64,000 nucleotides of DNA from Neocallimastix sp. 'constans' (GCA_050613775.1 JBODTK010000106.1:1-64000), one strand, 5' to 3'; numbered from the stretch's first letter, positions 27,535 to 48,413 are shown. Numbers and translations are program-made. Notes: generated by a model not told the origin, from the sequence alone.

Positions 27535-30420
27535 TTGTTTAAGAACCAAATCATTTTCTGGGTTCAGATTACTTTGATCAATCTTAACATTAAGATTATC
27601 TTGATTTAAATTATTATTCGTATTTGAATTCTTTACATTATTATTTAATTTATCATTTAAAATGTCTAAATTTTTATTAAAATTATTTAAATTTATTTTT
27701 TCATTTTTATACTCTGGATTAATTTGATTATTTAAATTATCATTTATGTGACCATTTGGAACAGGACTTAAAGAATTTTTATATAAGTTATATAAAATTT
27801 GAGGAATATTTAAATTATTTGGTGGGTAATAATATATATTGAGAATTAAAAAAATAAAATGATAAATTGTAATAGCAGTTTTCGATATTATTTGTATCGT
27901 AATTACATAAATTATTGTATGGAGTAAAGTCGTTTATATTATTAGTTTCTCTATTATAAAAAATGGTTTATAAATTTTTCTGTTCTGTGTATTCTATTAT
28001 GTATCTAAAAAATAAAATATGATATAAAATATTTATTATTATATTATTTATTATCATAAAAATTTATTTAATATTATAAAATAAAAAAAAATAAAGTAAA
28101 AAATATATAATTAATTTTTTTAATTTAATATATTTGTATTGTTATTAATTTTAATTTTAATTTATTTATATCTTTATTTAATTTATTTTAGTTTAATTTG
28201 TTATGGTTTATTTTATTTTATTCAATATGTATTTTATATTCATATTTTAATTATTATTATTATTATTATTAATATTAATTTTACTAAAGTTAATAGTTTC
28301 TATATCAGTACTTCCCCGGATTAATAATACAGTGTTAATTTATTAAAGAGGAGGAGGAAAAAGTAGTAGAAATATTACCATAAGTATCTTCAAAAAACCA
28401 TTGAACGAGAAATAAAATTTTTATTATTAGTAATATCATAAACCTAATAAGTAGAGGTGTTTGAGTCATAACATAATAATATTCCGAAAGAGCAGAGTAA
28501 CAGAGTTTTCTTCTAAATTGTTTTGGAATCATAAAGAAGACTTGACATCTAAAGACTTTGAATTTATTATAATTAGCTTTCTTATTAAATAATAATTCAT
28601 AAGGAATATTAATACTTTTATGTGGCATTCTATTATGGATGAAATTTGCAATATTAATGGCAACTTCCCAAAAAACATTGCTTGACTGAGGGTTTTTAAC
28701 ATAGCCCTTGTATTGGGGTGTAAAGAGCCATGTGAACGATCTATTCTACTATTTTGTTTTGGTTCATAAGATATGGAAAATTAATGGATAATACCATTTT
28801 TGTTACAAAAATCACCGAATTTCTAATTAGTATATTCAATACCATTATCCGTATATATATATATATTTTATATTTTTATTAAATTTATTTTTTATGGAAT
28901 TGTTCCATTTTCGGAGCACTTGAAAACTTCACTTGTGAATTTAATAAAGAATACCCAACCAAATCTAGTGTAGTCATCTAAAATAGAAACCAAATGGATT
29001 AGTTCAAATTGTTCAGATGATCTATTTTTTCGCTTTTGTGATATAAAAATATTTTTAATTTAGATTAGCACATATTTTGTATTTACGTTTATTATTAATA
29101 AAGTTTATTTCTGAGAGGTCCTAAATTATAGTGTCTTAATCTTCTGTGCTAAATATGCAAAAAAATCTTTTTCATTTGATATATTATTATAAACAACTTT
29201 ATTTTTATTATTATTAAATGGTATTTATGTTTGATTGTATATTTTGCAGTTGTTTGAACTTATTGTATATACTTTATTATTTTTACTGTTGTATATTGTT
29301 GCAAGATTTATATCTTGCTTTTTATAAAATATTATTTTATAGTTTTGGTCTGAAAGACTATCAATTGAAATTAAATTCTTTTTAAAAATTGATATATACA
29401 AAACATTTTTTTAATATAATTTTATTGTCGTTTATATATCCATTATAAGTTCTCCGATATATTCAGAATTTACAGATTACTCATTTGCAAAAAAAAAAAA
29501 AAATTTTTTAAACTTTGAGTCTGATAAAACGTTTTAATTTCCTGTCATATGGTAACTTGTACCAGAATCTGGCGCCCATGAGGATATATTCTCATTTATA
29601 TTATTTATTTTATTTTCTTTAATATTATTATTTGATTTTTTATGATAGCTTATATTCTTAAATGAAAGAATACTTCTTGTTGCGCTGTTAGATTCTATAT
29701 TATATGTATCATTGTAATCTTTAAAGAAGTATTCCATATGATTATTGGCCTTATATTCTGTTTCGTTGTTGAGGCATTTTACTTTGTCTCCCTTTATGTT
29801 TTTTAAATTAATAATAATTTTTGTTATTTCTTTTTATTATTATTGTATTAATCTTTAATTTATGTTAGCATTCTTTGTAGTGGCCAAGCTTACCACAATT
29901 CCAACATTATACTTCCTTTTTTGAGGTTTGGAATTTTTTTTTGTTGTCATCTTGATTATTATTATTTATTATTTTATTATTTTTTTAAAGTCCAGGAATT
30001 AAATGATTGGATTCAGGTTTAGTATCTTCTTCTTTCTTATGTTTACCACTTTTTTCTCTTAATCTTTTCAAGTGTTGGGCAGTTTCATTTAGTAATTCAA
30101 TAGTTTTTTCCCAACTATTTTAGTGCTCCATTAAGTGAGTTTTCGTTGCTAGACCCTCTGGAATTGCCTTGTGCAGGTAATGGAATTTTTCTGTAAAATC
30201 GATTTCTACCTTTAAATTTTCTAATCCTTTAAATTTTAAATTTTTATTTGAGATAAATATTGATTAGGAAATATTTTCATCTGGATTGTATTTTGTATTT
30301 TCAAGAGAATCCTTAATTTCTTGAATTCTATCCTTGCTATTACTTATATTTATACTTGATATCATCTTATATACTTCATAAGCGGTAGATGATATAAAGT
30401 CTATGTTTACTTCCAAGTTA
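27535..30420 (-). mobile_element. Ty1/copia remnant: gag, protease, integrase and spacer; no RT
   Basis: Gag knuckle CWNCGKLGHYKEC (~29870-29910), protease WAPDSGTSYHMTGN, GAG-pre-integrase HRRLRH, integrase LDDYTRFGWVFFIK…DNGIEY, and PYELLFNKK…FKVF.CQVF. Many stops and frameshifts. Confidence 0.88.
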
Positions 30421-30521
30421 TTTATATTTATTATTTTATATAATATTAAACTTAATTTCTAACATTATTTAATTAATTATTTAATTATTTATTCTAAATA
30501 ATTAGATTGGTATTAATTCTT

Positions 30522-30569
<48 letters not shown>

Positions 30570-30574
<5 letters not shown>

Positions 30575-31222
30575 ATGAACTGCTTATAAGATTTTTTTAT
30601 TTTCTAGTTTTAGCCCCCCACTCAAGGGCAATGGGAATATTGAGGTAGTCACAACACTTTCGTATAATTTCACATAGACAGATAATCTCCCTACTGGACA
30701 TCTTTACTGAGTATTCAACATTGGCGCTCTGATATGCTTATTATTGCTGAGAATTTTCTGGTACGCTTTTTCTCGGAATGATTCTCCAGTTCCTAACATC
30801 ACTTTAAAAAAAGGCAACTATAACCTAACCCAATATGATAAATACTAATTGGTAAATACATAAAAGTCAGAAAGATCGCAATATAGTATAATATCTACAC
30901 CATCTAAGTAGAATATATATCTACATAGATATATGATATGTATTAAAATGTTAGTAATTCCCTCGTAAATATATTAAATGAGGTTGACATAACCAAAAAC
31001 CCTAAATTTCAACAAAATTTATATTTATATTGTAAGATTGTAATTGTATAAATAAAATAAAATAAAATAAAATAAATAGTGAAGTAATATAAAAGAGTAA
31101 AGTATTAGTAAAAATAAAATAAAATAAATATTGAAGTAATATAAAAAAGTACAGTCTTAATAAAACTCAAATCAAATTAAATCAAATAAATAGTAAATAA
31201 AGTACAAATTGAATAAAAATAA

Positions 31223-31225
<3 letters not shown>
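30570..31225. repeat. Unclassified repeat, contiguous copy of the family seen at 1-925 (opposite orientation)
   Basis: Reverse-complement similarity to 720-900 and 1-160. Its A-rich subrepeat is also present at ~33180-33270. Confidence 0.6.
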
Positions 31226-31227
<2 letters not shown>

Positions 31228-31261
<34 letters not shown>

Positions 31262-31495
31262 CAGGGAAGAGAATACACTTCCAAAACTTTATTAATTTTA
31301 TTTTTAAAAAATACATGTAGGTGAAAAGTACATTTGAAATTAAAAATAAAAAAATTAAAAAATAAAAAAATAAAAAAGCTCGAAAATACTATGTATTTCG
31401 GCAAGTTGTACTATGCGGGAATTTTTCCCTTCCTAACAAATAAAAAAGAAATAAAACCTAGAAGTAACATCTTTAAAATAGATAGTGTGGTATTA
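31228..31495 (-). mobile_element. LINE 3' UTR-only insertion with a ~30-nt poly(A)
   Basis: Reverse complement of 27300-27530 (CTAGAAGTAACATCTTTAAAATAGATAGTG; ACTATGTATTTCGGCAAGTTGTACTAT; TTAGACAGGG). Confidence 0.88.
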
Positions 31496-31869
31496 AAAAT
31501 AAATTAAAATAAAGTTATTATTATAGTTAATAAAATTTTTATATTAAATATATTAATAATTATAATTAATTTTTTTTTTAATTATTTTATTTAGTAATTT
31601 ATAATTACATAAAGTTCAAATTATTATTATAATTAATCATCATTATTATTATATTAAATATATATATATATATATATATATATTTTAAATAAATAATTAT
31701 TTTTATGATAAATTAATAATATATATATATATAAACAAAAGTAAAAGAAAGTATAAGAAAAAACAACAACACCAAAAAAAGAAAAAGAAAAAAGAAAAAA
31801 GAAAAAAATAGTGTAATTAATTATAATTAATTCCATATTTTATTATTATTACTATTACTAGTATTTATT

Positions 31870-37219
<5,350 letters not shown>

Positions 37220-37242
37220 AATTAATTGAAGTTTCAAAAGTG

Positions 37243-37283
<41 letters not shown>

Positions 37284-37417
37284 CAAATTTGATGGAAATA
37301 CACTTTTCCTTTTTATTTAATTTTATTTGTAGATAGATTTTATTAATATATATATTTATTTTTTATTTTTTATTTTTTATTTTTTTTTTAAAAAAATGAA
37401 AATAAAATAAAAAAAAA

Positions 37418-37510
<93 letters not shown>

Positions 37511-39000
37511 GATTTCTTAAATGGATACAAAATTTACTTTCAACTTATATATTTCTATTTTAATGATCAGAATAAAAACTATATTATGGATATAATTATA
37601 TTGAGAATAATTTGTTTATCGTGTTAAAAAATATTTAAAGTATATTAAAAAATTAAATACTTCAAAGAAAATATATATATATATACTTTTGAAAAAATTA
37701 AGGATTATATATACATTTATAACAATAAATAAAAAAAGTTAACATAAATTAATAAAAAATAAAACTAAGAAATCAATTTAGTTTTTAGAATATTTTATTT
37801 TTATAACATTTTAAATTAAAATTCTTAAACTGATAATTATTATTACTTTTATAATTGATGATTTATTACATATGTATTTGATTAAATTTATTAAATTTTT
37901 TATAAAAAAAAATTCATAAAGAAAGGTCAAAAAAAGTTAATAAAGATATTTAAATAAATGTTTTTAATATATATAAAAATAATTTTAAAAAAAAAGTTCA
38001 TAAAAAAAAATTCAAAAAAAGTTTTTTAAATAAATGTTTTTAATATATATGTAAAAAAAAAAAGGTTATAATTTTAAATAGACTTTAATAAATATTATTA
38101 TTTTCTTAATAACTAATGAAATATTTATATTTTTATATATATATTTTGTAATTATAAATTATCATAAAACATATGACGAATGATTTTAACTACAAACTAT
38201 AATTTTTATTTAAAAATTATTTACATAATGTAAGTGGAAAAACTATATATAAAAGGTAAATTTTAAATTATATAAATTTTTTTGAATTTTTTTTTTGTTT
38301 TATATAAATTAAATCATAAAATAGTAAAATCCACCAATCCTTAATAATATGATAATATTATAAATAAAATTATAAATACAGAAAAATAAAAAAAATAATA
38401 CATATATATAGTGAAATAAAATAATAAAAATTACAGATTAATAATATGTTAAAATGTTAAAATGTTAAATTTGTTGATGTATGAATATTATTAATATTAA
38501 TATCATCACTTTACTAAAAAAAAATATGATTATAAAATGTTTTTATTTTTAAAAATAATATTTTCAAAGAAATAAGATAATCTATTATATATTAGTTAAA
38601 AAATTTATTATAATGTATGATATTTTTTTTAGTAAGATGAAGCAATTATATTTCTGTAATACTTTTTTGAACCAAAATATTTAATATATTAATATGTAAT
38701 TATATATCATTATAATATATTAATAATATAGTTAAATTTATATGGTTTATTATTTTTGCCAATATAGTATAATATTATTAATTTAAATAATATATTACTT
38801 TTTTTGTATATTATTTTTAATTGCCACAACAATTAATTAATATTTAACACTATTTAATAAATAAAAATATTTATTACACTATTTGAAATTTCCATAAATA
38901 ATCTAAAATAATATTTGTATTTTTTTTTATATTTTATCTTTTTTTATTTGTAAAATTATATAATTTAAGATAATTATAGAAAAAAAGTTACCAATATTCT

Positions 39001-39135
<135 letters not shown>

Positions 39136-40688
39136 ATATATATATATAAATAAATATATAAATAGTAATATGATGTGATTATGACTTTAATATTTTCAAT
39201 TAATATATAATATTACATAATAAATACATACTAATATATTATTATAATAATATAAAATTTTTATATATTTTTTAAATGTATAAATACAGATGAATATCTT
39301 CACAAAATATTTTTTTAAAGAAGTTTCAAAAAAAAATTAATAAAATAATTATAGAGTTTTGGATTGAATATTTAAATATAGTATAGAAATATAAAAAAAG
39401 AAATATTAATAATATAAAGAAAAAATATTTAAAGAAAATAGAGAGAAAAAGAATAAAAAAAAATTCAATAGTATTTTAGGAAATCAAGAGTAAAAATAGT
39501 GTATTAATAGTTTATTAAATATAATACTATAATAAATAAAAAAAAGGTAATTTACTCTTATATGTAGGATTAAAATATAAGAATAATATATTGTAGATTT
39601 ATTAGAAAATAAGTAAAAGAATAAAATAAATAGAAATTAAGTAATTAATAAATACCAATATAAAATTAAATAATATATATAAATAAAACTATATAAAAAT
39701 TTGATAATTCAATCAAAAAATATAAAACTATATAAAAAATGAGATAAAAATTTGATAATTCAATCAAAGAATAAAGTAGAAAAAATTTGGGTTTTTTTTA
39801 ATAGGATTTAAAACTTATATAAAAAATTTAAATATATATATATATATATATTATTTTTCTTAATTCCATATTTATAATATCGATATATATATTGACTTAT
39901 TAAAAATACAAAAAAAATTTTTTTTCTCATCAAGTAGTATGTAATAAAATAAAACAGTAGGAAAAAGAAATAATTAAATAGTTTATGGGTTAATCACTTT
40001 TTATCCATTGAATATAGTATTAAAGATTTAAATAATTGCTAAAATAGTGAAGTAAATTTTTTTGGAAATTATATACCTTAAGAATATTTTAAAAGAGGAA
40101 AATAAATAGAAAAATGACATATAACAGAATTTAAGGTTCAAATTAAAGAAATATTTATTTTATTTCATTTTTTTTTTTTTTTAATTAAATATTAGACATA
40201 AATTAACTAACTTTGAATGTTTTATTATTATTATTATATAATGACTATTATATAAAAATCTTTTATATTTTGTACTGAATGATACCTATGATATTTATAT
40301 GACCAAATTTTTAATAATTTTTAGAGGGCTATAGTAATAAAATATTTATACATGTGACTTTTTTTTTTCCATATAAAGATATTATATATGCATTGAATTA
40401 TAAACTTATATATTACAATATAGTTTACACAATAAATTAAATATATCTACTATAATTAAATTATTGAAAACCAAATTATAAAAATTAAAGTTTAATTTTT
40501 TAAGAAATAAAAAAATTATTTAAAGTATGATTTTTAATTTTTTTTAATACTTTTTTTTTTTTTTTTTTTAGTTATAATAAAAATATACCAAAATAAAATA
40601 TTGAGATAATTTTTATTCACATTTATTGAAAATTTTTTTTAAAAAAAATAGAAAATTAAATAAAAATATATTATTAAAATAAAAGTTA

Positions 40689-42815
40689 ATGTTAGAAAAT
40701 AGTATTAGGCAAAAAAATATAATTATAACGTCTTTAAGTGATGACATAATGCATAAAAAAATAACAGATACTGAGACAAAAAAAAGAATGACTTTAAATT
40801 TTATTGTTAGTGATTTAACATTTAATAATATAAAAAAAAATAATTTTGAAAAAAGAATCATAAAAAGAATAGAGAAAAAAGATTCTATGAATGAACAGAG
40901 CATTCGGCATACAAATATAATTAATAACATATCTACTGAAACTATCTTAAAATCAGAAAAAACAAATAATTATTCCAAAATTAATAATCTTACTAATTCC
41001 ATAGATAATACTATGGATTTTAATAAATCATCAGAAAATAAAAATCAACAATATTATTCATGTTCTTCACCTAAACAGAATATATCTCAAGCGCTTTTAT
41101 ATTTAAAGGCATCATTTGAAAATGATAATTTATCAAGTGATAATCCAAGCTTACAAATTCCATCACCACCTTTAAGTGAAACTTCAAATAATAATAGCAA
41201 TACATTGTATCAAGTTCAAAGTACTAGTGATGAAAATAATGGTGACAAGATTTGTCAAAGTTTTGTATCATTAGATTCGAATTATATAATGGATATGGAA
41301 GAAAAAATAATTTTTAAAAAACAAAAGAAAGTAGTAAATATTGATGAGAATTTAAATAAAGAATTTATTTATAATAAATCATCATTTATACATAGAAAAG
41401 ATGAATTAAATCTTCCAAAAGTAACTTTTGAATCAATAGATAATGAATTGGCAATTCAACCAAAATTTCCCTTAAAACTCTATAGTCATCAGGTCGGAGG
41501 ACACACTCCTTTTTTTTGGATATCCGATAAAGCTTTATGTAAACCATTGAATAATAACGAAAGAGATTTTTATGAATTGATAAACAAATATCATCATGAT
41601 TTGAACAAATTTTTACCAAAATATTATGGTGTTGTTATATTAAAAGTTAAAAGTAATAGCATTAACAATAATATTTCTAAAAAAGACACTATTTATTCTT
41701 CAAATAGTATATCTACTGAAAATGTGCCTAACAACAAAGTCCAGTATAATGTTAAAGAAAACAATAAAGATGAAAATGATGATTTACCAATTATTGATAC
41801 CAAAAATTTAACATATCAAATTTCTTATGAAGGTATTTCTAGACCAATTATACCTCAGTCTACATCAAGAGATAATACGATGATGGATTCAATTGAAAAT
41901 AATAATAATAATAAAGTTAATAGAAGTTTTAGTTCTGGTGATCCTTTGGAAAATAATTACTTACAATGTCAAAGAGCAAAATGGAATGATTTAGAACATG
42001 ATAATAATGCATTAAAAAAATTTATAGTTATTGAAGATTTAACTAGAGGATTTAAAAAACCTTGTGTATTAGATTTAAAAATGGGAACTCGGCAACATGG
42101 AGTATTTGCAACCAAGAAAAAGCGGCTATCCCAAGAAAGAAAATGTGAATTAACAACTAGTAAAAGTATTGGTGTAAGGATGTGTGGAATGCAAGTTTAT
42201 AAAACATCTACTGATACCACTATTTTCCATAATAAATATCAAGGACGTAATGTTAGTAAGGAAAGATTCAGTCATGAAATTTTATCTTTTTTTGATAATG
42301 GTGAAAAATTATTAGTTCATTATATACCAGATATAATAATCCAATTAAAGGAACTCTATTCAATAGTTAAAAATTTAAAAACATTTCGATTATATTCAAG
42401 TAGTTTATTATTGTATTATGATGGTGCTTGGGATACCAAAAATGATACTGAAATACATTGTAAAAAGAGAGTTAAAGTAAAATTAATAGATTTTGCGCAT
42501 AGTACAAATATATCCCATCTTTTGAAACTTGACGAAAGTCTATTAGAACAAAATGATGTTTTAAATGTAAAAAAAAAAGGGTCTTATTTGGTGCAAATTA
42601 AATCGTTTAAACAAAACAATCCAAATATTAAGAATAATGATATGGTTAAGGAACAATATAATTCAGAAAAATATAATTCAAATGATTATGTTACTGTTTC
42701 TTGTCCACCAAGTCATCCAAATGAACCAGACCTTGGATATCTTTTTGGATTAAAAAATCTCATTAATACCTTTGAAAATATTTATAAAGAAGTAACAAAT
42801 TTATCAAAAAAATAA
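40689..42815 (+). CDS. KCS1: Inositol hexakisphosphate kinase (IPK family, Kcs1/IP6K-like)
   Basis: Motifs [29 protein letters not shown] (PxxxDxKxG), [35 protein letters not shown]. Confidence 0.9.
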   Translation: MLENSIRQKNIIITSLSDDIMHKKITDTETKKRMTLNFIVSDLTFNNIKKNNFEKRIIKRIEKKDSMNEQSIRHTNIINNISTETILKSEKTNNYSKINNLTNSIDNTMDFNKSSENKNQQYYSCSSPKQNISQALLYLKASFENDNLSSDNPSLQIPSPPLSETSNNNSNTLYQVQSTSDENNGDKICQSFVSLDSNYIMDMEEKIIFKKQKKVVNIDENLNKEFIYNKSSFIHRKDELNLPKVTFESIDNELAIQPKFPLKLYSHQVGGHTPFFWISDKALCKPLNNNERDFYELINKYHHDLNKFLPKYYGVVILKVKSNSINNNISKKDTIYSSNSISTENVPNNKVQYNVKENNKDENDDLPIIDTKNLTYQISYEGISRPIIPQSTSRDNTMMDSIENNNNNKVNRSFSSGDPLENNYLQCQRAKWNDLEHDNNALKKFIVIEDLTRGFKKPCVLDLKMGTRQHGVFATKKKRLSQERKCELTTSKSIGVRMCGMQVYKTSTDTTIFHNKYQGRNVSKERFSHEILSFFDNGEKLLVHYIPDIIIQLKELYSIVKNLKTFRLYSSSLLLYYDGAWDTKNDTEIHCKKRVKVKLIDFAHSTNISHLLKLDESLLEQNDVLNVKKKGSYLVQIKSFKQNNPNIKNNDMVKEQYNSEKYNSNDYVTVSCPPSHPNEPDLGYLFGLKNLINTFENIYKEVTNLSKK

Positions 42816-43599
42816 AAAATGAACTTTTTTTTTTTTTTACACATATTTATCTAGTAATTGTATATAAACCATATGATTTATTTATTATTAAATTTTTATA
42901 CATATATATATATATAAAAGTAAAAGTAATTCATTAAATAAATGATGCATTAATTCATTTATTTAATAATTACTAAAAATTATCCTTCCTTTATAATCAT
43001 ATCGATTAAATGAGGATTGATAAATAATTAGTAATTAGTAACTTTTTGTATTAAAAGTTCATATCTATTATTTATTAATCAACTTATATATAATCATATC
43101 ATTATCAATTTATTACTTTATTTATTATTATTATTTTTTTTCTTTTATTTTTAAATTTAATATTTCCTCCTTTTAGTTTATTAATACAATAATAGCATCA
43201 ATATGTATTTAATTTATTTAATCATTTTATATTGTATAATTAATTCTACTTTTATTTTTAATGTATAAGTAATTATTTATTTAATTTAATTTATTATTTT
43301 TATTGTTTTTTTCTTTTTTTTTTTTTTTTTTATTATTATTAATAGAAAAAATATATATTTAAAAAAAAAGTTAAAACCACAAAAATTTTAATGAAATAAA
43401 TTTTATAAAATAGTATAATTTTACATAAAATAAAAATAAATAAAAATAAATATAAAAAATAAATAAATAAATAAATAAATAAACAAACAAATAAATAAAT
43501 AAATAAAAGAAGATTTGATATTTATATTTTATACGAATATGTAAAATATAAATAGTTTCAATTTTCTGATAAAAGTGTTGCACAATAATATAATAATTA

Positions 43600-45600
43600 A
43601 TATATATTATAACCTAAATAAAAAATTTTCCAATTAACCAATAGAATTGATTTTTATATAAGTATTATTTAAATAATTTAAATTATATTAACCATTATAC
43701 TTTAATTGAATTAAAAATTATAAAGATGATTTAATTTATAATTATATGCCAACATTATAAATGACCTTTTGAAAAATCAAAATTAATTAAAAATTTCAAT
43801 CAAAATGAAAAAAATGAAAATTATATTGTTTTTCAGAATGAAAATAAAGATCATTTATAATTAAATAGCACAAGGTAATATATAATTAATAATTAAACAA
43901 TGATATTTTTAACAAAAATATAATTGAAAATAAAGCTGAAATTCGACTAAATAATGAAAATGGTTATTAATTAATAATTCAGGAAATTTAGAATTAAATA
44001 TAAATAGTAAACGAAATTTAAATTATAAGAATTTAAATGTAAACAAGGATATCAGTGGTAATAAAAGTATAAATATAAATGAAAATAGTAAAAAATAGTA
44101 AATTAAAATTAGAAACAAATAAAACCAATAATCTTAATAATAAATTTTGCTGAATTGAATTCACTTGTTGTAAACAAAGAAATGAATAATAATTCAAATA
44201 ATACAAATTCGAATTTAAAAATAAAAAGTAAACATAAGGACTCAAAAAAGAATTAGAAATAGAAAAATTAAAATCAAAAAATATGAAAGATGTAATTGAA
44301 AATAATTGCTCGCTGTTATTTTTAAATGAGAAATTATGTTAATTATTCAGTTACAATGATATTTATAATAAACTTGACAAAAATGAATGGTTAAAAGCAG
44401 TTGAAAATGAATTAGAAAATATGAAGAAATTAAAGTATATAACATAATGGAGAAAATTCTCAAGGGCGGTAATGTAATGACATCAAAATGAGTTTTACGA
44501 TACAAATTGAATTAAAATAAAATAATAAAAAAGAGAAAGAAAAGACTAACAACAGCGTTAAATTTTTATATTTATCAGAGAGACATGAAAGTTATATATC
44601 TAATTGCAGAATTGAATAAAAAGGTATATGGAAATATCACAGGGTTTTAAAAATTAAAAAAAATTAAACAAATCCTTATACGGATTGAAGCAGTCAGAGT
44701 GTTTATGGAACAGTACATTAGATAAAAAGCTCATTAATATTGGTTTTCGTAAATTAAAATGTGAACCCTGTATTAATATAAAAAAAAAAAATAATAAGGG
44801 GGAAATAACTTGAAATCTAACCGTAGATGTGGATAATATATTATTAACAGGTAATAAATGAGGCATTAACAAGAACAAGAAATTACTTAAAAAATGTTAC
44901 CAGAGAATAAAGAAGAATTGAAAGAGAAGAAATTTAACATTACTAAATACCAACAAGCAAAAAATCCAAATAAAATTAATAAAAAAGTATTTTAATATTA
45001 CTTATTAAGATTGGTATAATGTATTGAAGATTTTCAGATATCTCAAAGGTAGGTCAAATTGTGGACTAAGGTTCAAAAAAATAAATTTAGATGTTTATGT
45101 AGACTCAGTTTATAAGGGAGATGAAGAGACACGAAAATTAACTACCGGTTTTATCATCAAAATGGGCACAGAACTTACATCATGGTATTCAATACTTCAA
45201 CTCTGTGTATCAGTTTCTATCGCCAAAAGCGAATATTATGGTATATACAAGGGTTCAAAATAATACCTATGACATAAAAATGTTTTTAATGAATTGAATT
45301 TAGATTGTAAATGTATAACACTAAATGTAGACAACAAAGCCGCAATTTATAATGGTGAGAATGAAACAATAAACCTTAAGACTAGGCGTATTGATAAAAA
45401 GTATCATCACATAAGAGAACTTATATAAGAAATGAAAAGAAAATTGAACTACATAAAATCAGAACACAATTAGGCCCCATGGATTTATAAAGTACTTGAA
45501 TACAAATCTATTAAATAAATTTATAGACTCACTCTATCTTGGTTAAATTTTAAATATTGTCAAACCTCAAGAAGATTAAACTTCAAGGGGAGTGGTAAGA
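43600..45600 (+). mobile_element. Ty1/copia remnant: spacer, RT, RNase H and polypurine tract
   Basis: WLKAVENELENM, LNKSLYGLKQS, VDVDNILLTG (decayed YVDD), FRYLKG, VYVDS, STGF-like LTTGF, SEYY, VDNKAAI, RRIDKKYH. PPT AAGGGGAG followed by TG at ~45585-45594. Confidence 0.85.
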
Positions 45601-45870
45601 ATAAAGTTTAATTTTGATAAAGTTTTATAATAATTTAATTAATATTTATAAAAATTAATAATAATCATGGCTAATATTATTGATATATCATGTAATGTTC
45701 TTAGTAAATAAAAATGCAATCTATAAAAATAAATAATTTATGTATTAAAAAAAAAAAAATAATCTTTTAAATAAAAATAAAATATTATTAAAATAAAAAG
45801 TTAAAATATTGTTACGACTAATTTTCGGTTTTTATTTTATTTTTATTCTGTTTTGTTTTGTTTTGTTTTG

Positions 45871-45918
<48 letters not shown>

Positions 45919-46355
45919 ATATAATATATGATTTTGTACTTATAATGATAATAAATAATTTGATAATTATTAATCTTAATATTATTTGTGTAAAAAATTT
46001 GATTCTTCGATTATATAGTTTATTACTATTTTTTATTATTTTTATATCATTTTATATTAATTCCAATATTATGTGTAAGAAGTTTTTTATAATTATTATT
46101 ATTATTATTATTTAATAAATATTAATTACTCATATAATTAAAGTTATTAAAATTATGATTAATACTATTAATGTGATTATTTTCAATAATATTATATATT
46201 GTTTTTAATATTTTATATCTTTTTATTTTATCTTATTCTGATTCGTTTATTTTTGTTAATTTTTAAATTTCATTTTTATAATAAATTTTACACAAAAAAA
46301 ACAAATAATTAAATATATATATTATTTGAAAAAAAAAAAAAAAAAAAAAAAAATA

Positions 46356-46758
46356 CTATGAGTTTGAATTTATTGTAGATTTTATTTCTACAATTTCTGA
46401 ATTATTATTAGTATTAGTAAGTTGTTTATCTGGATGTTCTTTTATATAACGTTCTTTAATCATATTATAATATTCTTCTTTTGTTCTCCCATGTAAAAAT
46501 CCTACAATAATCATAGTCATATTATCATAGCTTGGTTTTTTCATAACTTCTTCTTTTTCACTTGCACATTCATTTAATAAATTTTCAGCAATTTGACTTA
46601 AACCAAGTCTATTTGCTATCCCTTCTCTTATAAATTCTATAACTTGTTCATTTGTCATATAATCCCATACACCTAAATAATATTAATAATATATTAATAT
46701 ATAATATTAATATATACATTTATAACTTCTTTAAATTATAAAATTTCAATATTATATA

Positions 46759-46792
<34 letters not shown>

Positions 46793-48413
46793 AGAATAAA
46801 AATAAAAATAAATAAATAAATAAACACACAATAATTACCATCACATGCCAATACTATAAATTCATCATCTTTTGTTATTTCTTTTATAAATATATCTGGA
46901 TTTGCAGTTATAGTTTGTTCATCACTTGGTAAGGATGTATTTGATTTATAAATAAAATCACCTAGTGATCTTGATACAGCCAATTTACCTATATGTTTAT
47001 TATCAATTCATAATAATAATTATAATGATATTCTATGAATATTAAAAATATTAGTAATTTCTTTATTTTTACCATTTACTCTTCCTGATTGAAGAAATCC
47101 ACCACTATTATATATTCTTGTTTTTTCATCTAGAAATTAATGATAAAAATATTTTTTAAGTATATAAAAAAATTGTAAATTATTCATTTATAAAGAATAA
47201 AATATTAACCTGGTAATGTTGGTTTATGATCTGTAGATAATGCTGAAGCTTTTCCATTTGTTGATATAATTGCTCTTGAATCACCACAATTTGCAATATA
47301 TAAAGTTTTATCAGTTATTAATGACACTACTGCTGTTGAACCAGCTTCACAGTTTAATAATTCTTCATCTTTAATTTAATTTTTATGTATTTATATTATT
47401 GTTTTTATTATTATTATTATTATTATCATTATTTATTATTTATTATTTATTATTTATTATTTATTATTTATTATATATTATTTATTATATATTATTTATT
47501 ATTTATTATTTATTATATATTATATATTATATATTATATATTATTTATTATTTATTATTTATTATTCATTATTCATTATTCATTATTCATTATTCATTAT
47601 TCATTATTCATTATTCATTATTCATTATTCATTATTCATTATTCATTATTCATTATTCATTATTCATTATTCATTATTCATTATTCATTATTCATTATTC
47701 ATTATTCATTATTCATTATTCATTATTCATTATTCATTATTCATTATTCATTATTCATTATTCATTATTCATTATTCATTATTCATTATTCATTATTCAT
47801 TATTCATTGTTAAATTAAAAATGAACAAAATTTTATAATGACTTATTAAAATTTTACAATTATTTACCTTGTTGCATTTGATCGTCTAACTTAAAAAAAG
47901 CTGATTTTAATGCTTTATCATAATTTTTTAATTTAAATTCTTCTTCATTTATTAATATTTTATGTAATTCTTTACTAGCATATTTTGAAATTAATCCTCC
48001 ACTATGACCATCAAATACTCCAAAAAATGATAAATTTTTATCTATTTCATTGTTTTTATCAGTTTCATTATTCTCACTATTTTCATTTACACAATTTTGT
48101 TTTTCCTTATTTATCCTTTCTAATTCCTCTGCTAAAGAAAGAATTGCTATATGAGCATCTTCCATTGCTATAAAATTTATACATTTTAAATTTTTCATAT
48201 AATTTATTGGTATCAATAATAATATTTATATTTTATTTTTAAACAATAAAAAAAAAAAAATGATATTTATAATTAGAGTATATATTATTATTTGAATTTT
48301 TATATATTACAAACTCTCCATCCTTGCATGGAACTAATGGCAAAAATTACTTTTTCATTTCCACCATAATTTGTTTCTTTTTCTAATACTGGCTCTGATA
48401 AAAGTTGTCCCAT
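46356..48413 (-). CDS. Protein phosphatase 2C (Ptc2/Ptc3-type), 6 exons
   Basis: MGQLLSEPV…SSMQGWR.SMEDAH, FFGVFDGHSG, AGSTAVV, ANCGDSR, DHKP, RVNGKLAVSRSLGD, LACDGVWD, DNMT. All introns GT-AG. Confidence 0.95.
47400..47810. repeat. Compound intronic satellite: (TAT)n, then (TATTTAT)n, then (TATTCAT)n
   Basis: Direct reading; lies within PP2C intron 2. Confidence 0.95.

Noticed and set aside
41386..41619. Antisense or overlapping short ORFs within KCS1, purU, PP2C, the MSP gene and the 839-aa ORF
   Set aside because: Shadow frames of real genes, with no motifs of their own.
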